DNA of 39,237 nucleotides from IMG/VR virus record IMGVR_UViG_3300050195_000096, positions 1 through 39,237 of that record, one strand, 5' to 3'. The DNA comes from a virus. Lineage: Duplodnaviria > Caudoviricetes. The position numbers were made by a program, and so were the translations under genes. Below are positions 1 through 8,097 of this stretch, one piece after another. The notes beneath the pieces were generated by a model. The model did not search any database and had not been told where the DNA came from. It saw nothing but the letters and a program-made list of their open reading frames with translations. The stretch's first letter is position 1; each line of letters opens with the position of its first letter.

Positions 1-29
1 GTCCAGAACCGCTACCCCAAGGAACCACC

Positions 30-500
30 ATGACCATTAAGCAGCAGAGAAACATAAAAATCCTTAAGGAGATTGAATACAATCGTTCACGGATTAAAGC
101 AGCCCGCGAAAAGTTCGCACAAGCTACCAATGAGGAGCAAGAATCTCAGGTATTCAAAGCCGGTATGGAGCGCGTAGAGGTACTTCAGGCAGAGACGGAT
201 AAGATGGAGGCAGACTTCCTTCAGGGGACTATCAAGCTTAAGCCTGGCAGACGTGCGTCAGAGGATCTGGGCATAGACTCTGACCTGGAAGATAACCCTA
301 CACTGTCTAATGAGCGTAGACAGATATGCATTGACAATCTCAACAATAGGCTAGCTGTACTCAAGGAGCAGTTGGAAACGAGGGAGCTAGAACTTGAAAG
401 TCTTAGGCTTAATCTTAGGCTCAAGGAGCGAGACTTCGCGAAGCGCGTCGCAGACATTAAGGCTAAGATAGATGGTACGGTACTTCCTAAGGATCTTTGA
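30..500 (+). CDS. hypothetical early protein, coiled-coil rich
   Basis: 156-aa ORF with AAGGA RBS upstream; heptad Leu pattern (LELESLRLNLRLKERDF). Confidence 0.75.
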   Translation: MTIKQQRNIKILKEIEYNRSRIKAAREKFAQATNEEQESQVFKAGMERVEVLQAETDKMEADFLQGTIKLKPGRRASEDLGIDSDLEDNPTLSNERRQICIDNLNNRLAVLKEQLETRELELESLRLNLRLKERDFAKRVADIKAKIDGTVLPKDL

Positions 501-507
501 AACGTTC

Positions 508-536
508 TTGCAAAATCTTAGCACCTATCTTATAAT
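508..536 (+). promoter_or_regulatory. sigma70-type early promoter
   Basis: TTGCAA (508-513), 17-bp spacer, TATAAT (531-536), intergenic. Confidence 0.85.
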
Positions 537-576
537 GACTGCATCCCAAATGGGCGGATGCTAACCTGAAGGAAAT

Positions 577-625
577 AAACTTTCAGCTAGTGGGCATCTC
601 CCATGTGCCCACTGTCAGACAGTTT
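577..625 (+). promoter_or_regulatory. bulged leader hairpin, copy 1 (possible RNase III or protein-binding site)
   Basis: AAACTTTCAGCT-AGTGGGCAT-loop-GTGCCCACT-GTCAGACAGTTT; same TTTCAGCTA...TGTCRGA frame as 1512-1557. Confidence 0.55.
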
Positions 626-656
626 CCTAGCCCTGCAACCTGAAGAGAGAAAGACC

Positions 657-1235
657 ATGACCATTACCATCTCCACTACGAACACCCTTGAAGCTGGTCC
701 CGGAGAATTGCTCATCATGAGCGCGAAAAAGGCCACGGCAACTGCACCTCTTAATCCTGAGGACCGCTATCGTTGTGTTCTCATCAAGGAATGGAATTTG
801 TCCGGACTGTGCACGGATAAAGTCCGCGGAATCCTCTTCGATTCATTCCTTGAACTTGCTAAAGGATATCTCACAGCTAATAGAGACAGAAAGTTCCTCC
901 CGGATAATGCATTCTCGGTGGATTCTCTCCTCAGTTTCGCACAAGAAACGGCAGCATCCGGACGGATCACTACTGAATCCATTCTTGTCTGGTTCAAGGG
1001 AACGGCAACATGCGCAAAGATAAAGAGTAAAAGAAACGATGAAACGGCAATGAAGTATGCAGCACTGTATGCAAAGTGCAGTAGCCCTAATCCCGGATTC
1101 TCCAAGCAGGAAGCTACTGTGCTGGCCGGGAACATGGAGCCTGAAGATGCAGAAACCCGGATCGGTAGTTTCATCCTTGAGAAACTGGATAAGATCATGA
1201 ATAAGCCGGAGGAATTCTCCCTCGAACTCCTTTAA
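657..1235 (+). CDS. hypothetical protein, probable distant paralog of 4832..5440
   Basis: ATG at 657 follows GAGAGAAAG; the 603 ATG lies in the hairpin loop; ends NKPEEFSLELL. Confidence 0.75.
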   Translation: MTITISTTNTLEAGPGELLIMSAKKATATAPLNPEDRYRCVLIKEWNLSGLCTDKVRGILFDSFLELAKGYLTANRDRKFLPDNAFSVDSLLSFAQETAASGRITTESILVWFKGTATCAKIKSKRNDETAMKYAALYAKCSSPNPGFSKQEATVLAGNMEPEDAETRIGSFILEKLDKIMNKPEEFSLELL

Positions 1236-1265
1236 GATTTTTTCCAGCCTAAAGAAAGCAAAACC

Positions 1266-1502
1266 ATGATCAAAATTCGTAACCTCATTACCTCAATTAC
1301 CCTCATCCTTGCTATCTTGACACTCCCAGCCCCCGCGCGAGCTTCAGAACTTAGCGATGCCCGTGCCGATCGTAAGGCACTCTGCCTCAAGGTGCCGGAA
1401 TGTGCGGCAGCGCTCAAGGAAAAGACAGAGGAAAGAAACCGTAAGGCACTTGAGAAAGTTAGGAAGGAAATCGAAGCCTTGAAAGTTCGTGCACAAAGTT
1501 AA
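1266..1502 (+). CDS. small exported protein with Sec signal peptide
   Basis: MIKIR, hydrophobic core, A-R-A cleavage motif; basic helical mature part with two Cys. Confidence 0.65.
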   Translation: MIKIRNLITSITLILAILTLPAPARASELSDARADRKALCLKVPECAAALKEKTEERNRKALEKVRKEIEALKVRAQS

Positions 1503-1511
1503 GAGTTAATA

Positions 1512-1557
1512 AGAGTTTCAGCTAATAGGATCGTTCGATCCTATTGTCGGAAACTTT
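1512..1557 (+). promoter_or_regulatory. bulged leader hairpin, copy 2
   Basis: AGAGTTTCAGCT-AATAGGATCG-TT-CGATCCTATT-GTCGGAAACTT. Confidence 0.6.
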
Positions 1558-1583
1558 CTCACCCTGACCAAAGAAAGTAAATA

Positions 1584-2561
1584 ATGCTGGTACCCTTAAC
1601 ATGCACACTCACGGGAATCGCCTTCGGGACGATATCCATTCAGGATGACGTGCCTGGCAGACAACCTTATTGCACCGGCTTCAAGGAAGCTACCCTCTTG
1701 CATCCAGTCTTCTCCCTGGCACTTCCAAAGCGGGTAGCCCTTCTCAGAAACTCCATTGAGCGCCACCTTGCGGGGCTGGAAGTAGATGACAGACTAGAAC
1801 TCTCCTTCCTCGCAACGCTACATGGGATGCACTGCTTGAAGATCCCCCAAGTTCATAATCCCATTCTTCCCACCAGAACCACTACAATATCAAATGCTCA
1901 CAAGCTTCTGACAATTGCCAATTGGCATATCGCAAGGCCTTCGTATAAATTCCCCTTACTGGTCCTCTCACCTGAGAATACTAATGAGAAGTTAGAGAAT
2001 ATAAAAGATTACTTATCTCTGATCGTAGACCTTATTGAAGGATTCAAGAGAAAGAAAGAAATCTTCGATGAAGAGGAACGTGCAGAGATTCAAGCCCGTG
2101 CAATATCCAGTATCCGAAGACCTGAGAAGATCGCAAAGAGGACACTATGGAGATGGTGCGAAAATCACATTATCCACTCCACTAGACTGGCTCCTTCCAT
2201 TGAGAAGTTAAAATCACTATTCTTCTCTACAGGAAAAGACATTACACGCTTAGATCGTGATGATCTAGAATTTCTCCTAACTTCCCTTGAATCCATCCTT
2301 CCACTAGGCACTCCCCTACTTACTGAAGTCAGGAAACACTGTGAATCCATGCTGACCGTATGGGAAGACCACTACAAAGCATTCTATGTAGTAGATACCG
2401 TTGCAGCTATGTGGGCATCACTACCGGGGGATGAGATTGAAGAGAAAGTCCACATCCCGAAGGAAGAGATCATCCTAACAGATGAACCCAGACCTGAAGA
2501 TTTCTCCAATCGAACTCAATTCATCATTGCCCGCGCTAAGTGGCAACTGCAAAAAGGATAA
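1584..2561 (+). CDS. hypothetical protein upstream of helicase
   Basis: 325-aa ORF with AAGAAAG upstream; no motif recognised. Confidence 0.8.
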   Translation: MLVPLTCTLTGIAFGTISIQDDVPGRQPYCTGFKEATLLHPVFSLALPKRVALLRNSIERHLAGLEVDDRLELSFLATLHGMHCLKIPQVHNPILPTRTTTISNAHKLLTIANWHIARPSYKFPLLVLSPENTNEKLENIKDYLSLIVDLIEGFKRKKEIFDEEERAEIQARAISSIRRPEKIAKRTLWRWCENHIIHSTRLAPSIEKLKSLFFSTGKDITRLDRDDLEFLLTSLESILPLGTPLLTEVRKHCESMLTVWEDHYKAFYVVDTVAAMWASLPGDEIEEKVHIPKEEIILTDEPRPEDFSNRTQFIIARAKWQLQKG

Positions 2562-2567
2562 CAGATC

Positions 2568-4187
2568 ATGACTCCAGATAGATTAAAAGAGATAATTGCC
2601 GATGCCCGTGCCCGTGCGGCCCTGACTAAAACTGCATCCGCTACCTCCGTTCTTCCAGCCCGTACCGGCTTCGCATGGAATGAAGCGCAAGAGCAGGCAA
2701 TAACATTTGCACGCACTGGAAAGAGTTTCTGCCTTATCGGTGCGGCCGGTACGGGTAAGACCACGACACTGAAGGGACTCATTAAGGATCTACTCTCCAA
2801 TGCAAAGATCCCTATGCTATCCTCAGGAACTAAGCACTTGACTCAAGGGGCACCCGGAATGGCACTTGTCAGTTACACCCGCAGGGCAGTTAGAAATATC
2901 GCAAAAGTGATGCCAGATGAGATTAAGAATTCCTGCATCACCCTGCACAAACTGATCGAGTTTGAACCCACCATTGAGGAGTATTCAGACTCTGAGGGCC
3001 GTGCAGCTACGCGCATGAGATTCATGCCCTCTCGCACATCCTTAAATCCACTTCCCGTGGATCTTCGCCTGATTATCATTGATGAATCTTCAATGGTGAG
3101 CGAGGATCTATTCAATCTTCTCCTAGACGCATTGCCAGATCCTACAAATGTGTCTTTCATCTTTCTCGGGGATCTTAACCAGTTGCCCCCAGTCTATGGA
3201 ATCCCCATTCTGGCAAAGAAACTTCTGGAGCTTCCAATTGTAGAACTTACTGAAGTCTATCGACAGGCCTTAGACTCTCCCATAATCTCACTTGCTACGG
3301 CAGTTCGTACAGGGAAGATCGCAACAACATATAAAACTGAGGAAGAATTTCTAGGACCGAAGGCAAGTGATGGAAAAGTTACCATCAAGCCGTGGAAAAA
3401 GAAATGTGATCCTGAGGGTGGATTAACTGCGGTCTCTGGATATCTTAGCAATCGAATCCTATCAGGATCAATTGATTTTGATGAAGCCGTAGTGCTTTGC
3501 CCATTCAACAAAGCATTCGGGACCGTTGAATTAAACAAGTCCATAGCTCAGGCATTTGCAGATAAGGAAGGTAAAACAGTCTTTGAAGTAATTGCAGGAT
3601 TCAATAAACTCTACTTCTCTAAGGGGGACAAGCTTCTGGTTAATAAGATGGATGCAGTAATCATTGACATCTACCCTAATCCGCTCTACTTGGGCCAGAT
3701 GCCACAAGTAGAAAGTAAGTTCCTGACCTATCATGGAAAGAGAACGGATATGGACTCTCGACAACTTGCGCACATGGAAGCTCTGAGTATGCAAAGCGCA
3801 GAAGATATGTTAGAAGCCATGATTTCCTCGAACGTGGAAGATAGAAAAGCACAGGCATCACATACCATTCGGGTAAGATTCACAGATGATGGCACTGAGG
3901 CACAGTTGAAAACTGCAAGTGAGATAAATTCTAGTGACCTGGCCTATGCAATGAGCGTTCATAAGTCTCAGGGTAGTGAGTGGAGCGAGGTTATCTTTAT
4001 CACTCACGGGCAACATGCAAAGATGATCTCTAGGGAGCTAGTCTATGTTGCCATCACGCGAGCGAAGAAGGAACTTGTAATCATAGGTGATCCGGGAATG
4101 CTCATGAAAGCTAGTCTGGCACCTAGGATTAAAGGCGAGGATCTTCAGGCCAAGCTTGAATTTCTTAAAAGTAAGTTTAGCAATTGA
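2568..4187 (+). CDS. SF1B (RecD/Dda-like) DNA helicase
   Basis: GAAGTGKTT (I), IIDESSMV (II), GDLNQLPPV (III), LTEVYRQ (IV), AMSVHKSQGSEW (V), YVAITRAK (VI). Confidence 0.95.
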   Translation: MTPDRLKEIIADARARAALTKTASATSVLPARTGFAWNEAQEQAITFARTGKSFCLIGAAGTGKTTTLKGLIKDLLSNAKIPMLSSGTKHLTQGAPGMALVSYTRRAVRNIAKVMPDEIKNSCITLHKLIEFEPTIEEYSDSEGRAATRMRFMPSRTSLNPLPVDLRLIIIDESSMVSEDLFNLLLDALPDPTNVSFIFLGDLNQLPPVYGIPILAKKLLELPIVELTEVYRQALDSPIISLATAVRTGKIATTYKTEEEFLGPKASDGKVTIKPWKKKCDPEGGLTAVSGYLSNRILSGSIDFDEAVVLCPFNKAFGTVELNKSIAQAFADKEGKTVFEVIAGFNKLYFSKGDKLLVNKMDAVIIDIYPNPLYLGQMPQVESKFLTYHGKRTDMDSRQLAHMEALSMQSAEDMLEAMISSNVEDRKAQASHTIRVRFTDDGTEAQLKTASEINSSDLAYAMSVHKSQGSEWSEVIFITHGQHAKMISRELVYVAITRAKKELVIIGDPGMLMKASLAPRIKGEDLQAKLEFLKSKFSN

Positions 4188-4220
4188 GTTGAGGCATAAG
4201 CCTAAAAGGAAGGACTGAAA

Positions 4221-4469
4221 ATGTTTAGATTTCTCAATCTAGTCTATCAAACACCTGAGGATCTGGGACTTAACAATCCAAAGATCCTCAAGCCGGGAAT
4301 CTATTTCTGTAAGGACTCCCTGAAATTCTATAGCTTCAGAAGATGGACCGGCACAGTGTGGTCCATGGGAGTGACTAGCTTCAAGGAAGCTATGGATTCC
4401 CCCGAAGAATTCAACCATGCAAAACCTGATGGAGTGAGAATTCTAGGATGGTACTTTCCAAAGATCTAA
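4221..4469 (+). CDS. hypothetical protein
   Basis: 82-aa ORF, AGGAAGGA RBS. Confidence 0.65.
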   Translation: MFRFLNLVYQTPEDLGLNNPKILKPGIYFCKDSLKFYSFRRWTGTVWSMGVTSFKEAMDSPEEFNHAKPDGVRILGWYFPKI

Positions 4470-4493
4470 AGATCTAACTGGCTGGAACAAAAA

Positions 4494-4697
4494 ATGCTTA
4501 ATCTTCTCTTCTCCTTTGCAATCGTCGGTTTCATTGCAACCATCGTAGCTATAACGAAACCATACCCACCACTTGACAATCCACCTAACTACATCTGTAT
4601 CATTCCAGATGAAGATAAGGACAAACCGTGCCGAGTGCAAATGCTGGAGGAAGTTTACGTTGAAAATCAACTGGAACTTCATTCTTCCAGGAACTAA
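4494..4697 (+). CDS. small membrane-anchored protein
   Basis: N-terminal hydrophobic segment LLFSFAIVGFIATIVAI. Confidence 0.55.
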   Translation: MLNLLFSFAIVGFIATIVAITKPYPPLDNPPNYICIIPDEDKDKPCRVQMLEEVYVENQLELHSSRN

Positions 4698-4831
4698 TAT
4701 AACGGAAACTGCTGGACAAATTAAGCCTCCAGCATTAAACTTCATTCATCGGATCAGGAAGCGACCTGAAAACGAAACCGCCAGCAAGTCGGACACTTGC
4801 TAAACAACTCCCAAAACTTGGAACTTTCATC

Positions 4832-5440
4832 ATGGCTCAACTGCAAAACGTCACCTTCAATTTCCGCACCAAGACGATCAAGGATATCGGCGAGCGCAAG
4901 CTTCCCTCTCTCACCGTTGCGCTTCCTGCCTACTCGGCTGAAGAAATTATCATTGCACTTAGCGAAGCCGGTCCCGTTCAGGACTTCATCGTTAGTCTGG
5001 TTTCCGGTGCCGTTGCAACTGCTGCACGCAGCATGATCAATGAATATGAATCGGAGAATCCGGCATGTGCAGAGATTCCGGCATCTGCCGTTAACTTGGA
5101 CAGCCTGTCGTTGATCGAACTTGCTTCTACTAGCTCCGCTTCTGGCTCCGCCATTAGTGAAGATGATATGAATGCATTCTTCGCAGACTATGAAGCAGTG
5201 ATGCCTGAAGTTACGTCTAAGTCGCTTGAAACCATCAAGAAGCATACGACTATCTTCAAGGCTAAGTTCCAGAACGTCAAGAATGATAAGCGCGTTCTTG
5301 CACTGCTGCTGGAAAATCTCATGGGCTGGAAGAAGAGTTCGCCCAATGCTAGCGAGCACGGTGCAGTCTTTGCAATGCTGCAAAGTAAGGCAACTGGATA
5401 TCTGAACAAGGAAGCTAAACCGCTGGTCGAACTGCTGTAA
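4832..5440 (+). CDS. hypothetical protein, probable distant paralog of 657..1235
   Basis: 202-aa ORF; ends NKEAKPLVELL. Confidence 0.8.
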   Translation: MAQLQNVTFNFRTKTIKDIGERKLPSLTVALPAYSAEEIIIALSEAGPVQDFIVSLVSGAVATAARSMINEYESENPACAEIPASAVNLDSLSLIELASTSSASGSAISEDDMNAFFADYEAVMPEVTSKSLETIKKHTTIFKAKFQNVKNDKRVLALLLENLMGWKKSSPNASEHGAVFAMLQSKATGYLNKEAKPLVELL

Positions 5441-5450
5441 TACAGTAGAA

Positions 5451-5612
5451 GTTTAGATAGGTCGAAAGACCTATCTAAATGGTTTAGATAGTGGATCATA
5501 AGGTAGGTCGTGAGTTAGCATCGCGGCCATTAGCTAACGCTAAAAACCTTTCTTAAGGTCATGGTCAAGGCTGCTTAATGCCAATACACTATGATCCACT
5601 ATCTAAGCCATT
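5451..5612 (+). ncRNA. candidate structured ncRNA (GAAA hairpin plus three-way junction with 23-bp closing stem)
   Basis: TTTAGATAGGTC-GAAA-GACCTATCTAAA (5452-5479); 5478-5500 pairs with 5590-5612 with one G-U; two internal hairpins. Confidence 0.6.
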
Positions 5613-5647
5613 GAATAGGAGGGTAAGCTAACCAGAAAGGATTTAAC

Positions 5648-5932
5648 ATGCGCCTCTATAAGAGAAGTACAAAGCCAAGTCGCTGGACTCAGTTCACAAA
5701 TGCATGGAACATTCTGATGAAGGATGAGAAGATAACTCTAGTCCTTCATAAGTCTCAACTGCATTGTGTGCATAATGGAATTCAGAAAGTAAAGTCTGAG
5801 CAAAACGTCATGCGTTACCAGCTAGGACTTCCAGGATTCGGCAGATTGAAAAGCAAGGTAGAGGATTGCCTGGATAAGCCAGGATTCATAACCCTTACTC
5901 TAATCCTAACATATAATGGTGATAACTTGTGA
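5648..5932 (+). CDS. hypothetical protein
   Basis: 94 aa, AGAAAGGA RBS, GTGA overlap with next ORF. Confidence 0.7.
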   Translation: MRLYKRSTKPSRWTQFTNAWNILMKDEKITLVLHKSQLHCVHNGIQKVKSEQNVMRYQLGLPGFGRLKSKVEDCLDKPGFITLTLILTYNGDNL

Positions 5933-6252
5933 ATAAACATAATCACTTCAGTGAGAAGCTTTACATCTTCCCTGAATCATTTCATGCATTACGCATAGAG
6001 CTTCAAACAAACTGGCCTAATCTTTGGAACAGTCCATTACAATATCTAATGTGGGCAGATCAGGCAAGCTTCATTGAAACTCTGTGTGAAGCTTTAGGAA
6101 TTGTCATGTTGACATTTGACTCAGCTAACTTAGATGGATACTCTAAACAGTTTCTTGATGCACTTCGCACCAGACGTGGGCTTTCTGCACTGCATAGTCA
6201 GTGTGAGTATTATCCAGATCAACTTAGGAATACTGTAAATGACGACAAGTAA
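5929..6252 (+). CDS. hypothetical protein
   Basis: 107 aa, translationally coupled GTG start. Confidence 0.65.
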   Translation: MNKHNHFSEKLYIFPESFHALRIELQTNWPNLWNSPLQYLMWADQASFIETLCEALGIVMLTFDSANLDGYSKQFLDALRTRRGLSALHSQCEYYPDQLRNTVNDDK

Positions 6253-6550
6253 TCACACACTTCAAAGCTTTCTCGGCAAGAGTTGGAGCGAGCGGATCAT
6301 TCCTTGGCTACTGGCCGAGACTTCTCCATTCATGCCGGTTGATCTTGCAGAGGCTTTTGATATCTCTGCGCAAACCGCTGCCACTTGCTGCAAGTGTCTC
6401 TGTGAACTGGACTTGTTGACAGCTTATAACAAGCTAACTAGAAACAAGACCCTTGAGACTACTTCAGGTGGTGTGATCCGTAAGTATTATCTACATGGTG
6501 AACTTCAACCATATGATAATGATGCGTTCATTGCATACCTAGGAGAGTAA
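6239..6550 (+). CDS. putative winged-HTH DNA-binding protein
   Basis: PVDLAEAFDISAQTAATCCKCLCELDLL helix-turn-helix pattern followed by a wing-like segment. Confidence 0.55.
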   Translation: MTTSNHTLQSFLGKSWSERIIPWLLAETSPFMPVDLAEAFDISAQTAATCCKCLCELDLLTAYNKLTRNKTLETTSGGVIRKYYLHGELQPYDNDAFIAYLGE

Positions 6551-6814
6551 ATGAATCCGATCTACTTGTCATTCTACGCTAGCCTTGAGCACCTCAAGGA
6601 AAGACTTAAGGACATTGATCCTGAGCTTCCCACACACATGCGCGAGATTCACAAATCTCTTCGCAACTATTCAGAGCTGGCGCACCTACTCTCTGATGAA
6701 GAGATAAGGATCATCCTGCAATCTGAGAAGAAACATACTGGAATTGAGTTAGTTAAGGCCACGGCTAAGAAGCCTAAGACTAAAGCAGCTAAGTTTGACA
6801 TTGAAGATTTATAA
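6551..6814 (+). CDS. hypothetical protein
   Basis: 87 aa, AGGAGAG RBS, basic then acidic tail. Confidence 0.7.
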   Translation: MNPIYLSFYASLEHLKERLKDIDPELPTHMREIHKSLRNYSELAHLLSDEEIRIILQSEKKHTGIELVKATAKKPKTKAAKFDIEDL

Positions 6815-6824
6815 AGGAGATCCA

Positions 6825-7127
6825 ATGCTATCTGTAGACTTTGTGAGACAGGCAATAGCAGAAGCTAAGTTATCTGCACAACCTGTCAGAAGCTTCCATG
6901 CAATCCTTGGACCGGCTGCTAGATTCTTCTCCTTCAGGAAGGAGCCTGGATTTATAACACTTCCCACAGCTAATTCATGGCTTGAACTCACCCGCTTCAA
7001 AGATATTTACTTCCTCTCATGCTTGGAGATCACAGATGAATCCGTTAAATATGCCAATCAGCAAAGCGCAGAGCTTTCTAGAAAATCTAAGCCTCTCCGG
7101 GAAAGATTCATCCTTGAAGAACTCTGA
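6825..7127 (+). CDS. hypothetical protein
   Basis: ATG at 6825 follows AAAGGAGA; 3' end overlaps the nuclease gene. Confidence 0.6.
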   Translation: MLSVDFVRQAIAEAKLSAQPVRSFHAILGPAARFFSFRKEPGFITLPTANSWLELTRFKDIYFLSCLEITDESVKYANQQSAELSRKSKPLRERFILEEL

Positions 7128-8097
7128 AGCTGGAACGGCCGAGCTTGTAGGAAAAGATAGCTACAATCTGATCACTGCAGCGAAGAACATAACCAGCTAC
7201 AGTAAACTTAGCAATCTTCATGCATGTCCTAGAAAGTATCAGCTAACTCAGTTCGATGCCATAGATGCACAGGAAAGAACTCCTAACGTAGACTTCTCCT
7301 TTGGTCATGCAGTCGGTGCAGGGTTTCAAGAACTCTTTGCAACTGGAAATATAGATAAAGCCATCTGGCAATGCTTACTTGCTTGGGATGCTGACCTGTT
7401 AACTGAACCAGCCCCGAGAAAAAAGAAGTGTTATCCATTGGCAAGTCTAGCTGTCCAGCAAGCTCAGGGATTCCTGGAGACTAGTGAGCTTAGCGATTAT
7501 GAGATTGCAACCCTGCCATCTGGTAGGCCGGCCGTGGAAGTTTCCTTCGCCATTGATTGTGAGAATGGATTCATCCATCGTGGACACATAGACTTGATCG
7601 CAAAGAATAAATACACTGGCAAGGTTGCAGTGCTGGAAGTTAAGACAAGTGGATTCAAAGGAATCAATCCAGCACTCTACTATAACAGTGATCAAGCGAC
7701 AAGTTATTCTGTGGTGGTGGATGCACTGTTTCCTGGAACTAATGAGTTTGAAATATACTACATAGTCTACTCAGTTCCAGATGAGACTTGGGGAGTATTG
7801 CCAGTGAACAAGCCTACTAGCATTAAGGCTGAGTTCTTATCCACACTTCTCTTGGATCATGCAGCAATTAAGACTTATGAGAAGCTGGACTTCTACCCAA
7901 AACGTGGAAGCAATTGCTACAGTTTTTCACGAGAGTGCAAGTATCTCATGCAGTGCAGCAGCGTTCTGAAGAAGGAACTTCCAAGCATGACAATGGATGA
8001 CCCAGAGCTAGACTTCAAGACCTCAGTAACTGAACTCAGGCTTGGAATGCAATCTTCAGTAAATGTGAATATGAATTTGGATGAGGAACAATCATGA
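7036..8097 (+). CDS. Cas4-like PD-(D/E)XK exonuclease with probable Fe-S cluster
   Basis: SYSKLS..HACPRKY, GHAVG, GHIDL...LEVKT, C-terminal C-x6-C-x5-C; start chosen from GGAG RBS. Confidence 0.85.
   Translation: MNPLNMPISKAQSFLENLSLSGKDSSLKNSEAGTAELVGKDSYNLITAAKNITSYSKLSNLHACPRKYQLTQFDAIDAQERTPNVDFSFGHAVGAGFQELFATGNIDKAIWQCLLAWDADLLTEPAPRKKKCYPLASLAVQQAQGFLETSELSDYEIATLPSGRPAVEVSFAIDCENGFIHRGHIDLIAKNKYTGKVAVLEVKTSGFKGINPALYYNSDQATSYSVVVDALFPGTNEFEIYYIVYSVPDETWGVLPVNKPTSIKAEFLSTLLLDHAAIKTYEKLDFYPKRGSNCYSFSRECKYLMQCSSVLKKELPSMTMDDPELDFKTSVTELRLGMQSSVNVNMNLDEEQS

Noticed and set aside
603-656. Longer N-terminus for the 603..1235 ORF
   Set aside because: ATG 603 lies in a hairpin loop without an RBS; ATG 657 has one
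4754-5383. 209-aa minus-strand ORF
   Set aside because: Antisense shadow of 4832..5440 within the + strand arm
5478-5612. tRNA or retron msr-msd
   Set aside because: No cloverleaf or T-loop GTTC motif; no reverse transcriptase in the window. Kept only as an unclassified ncRNA
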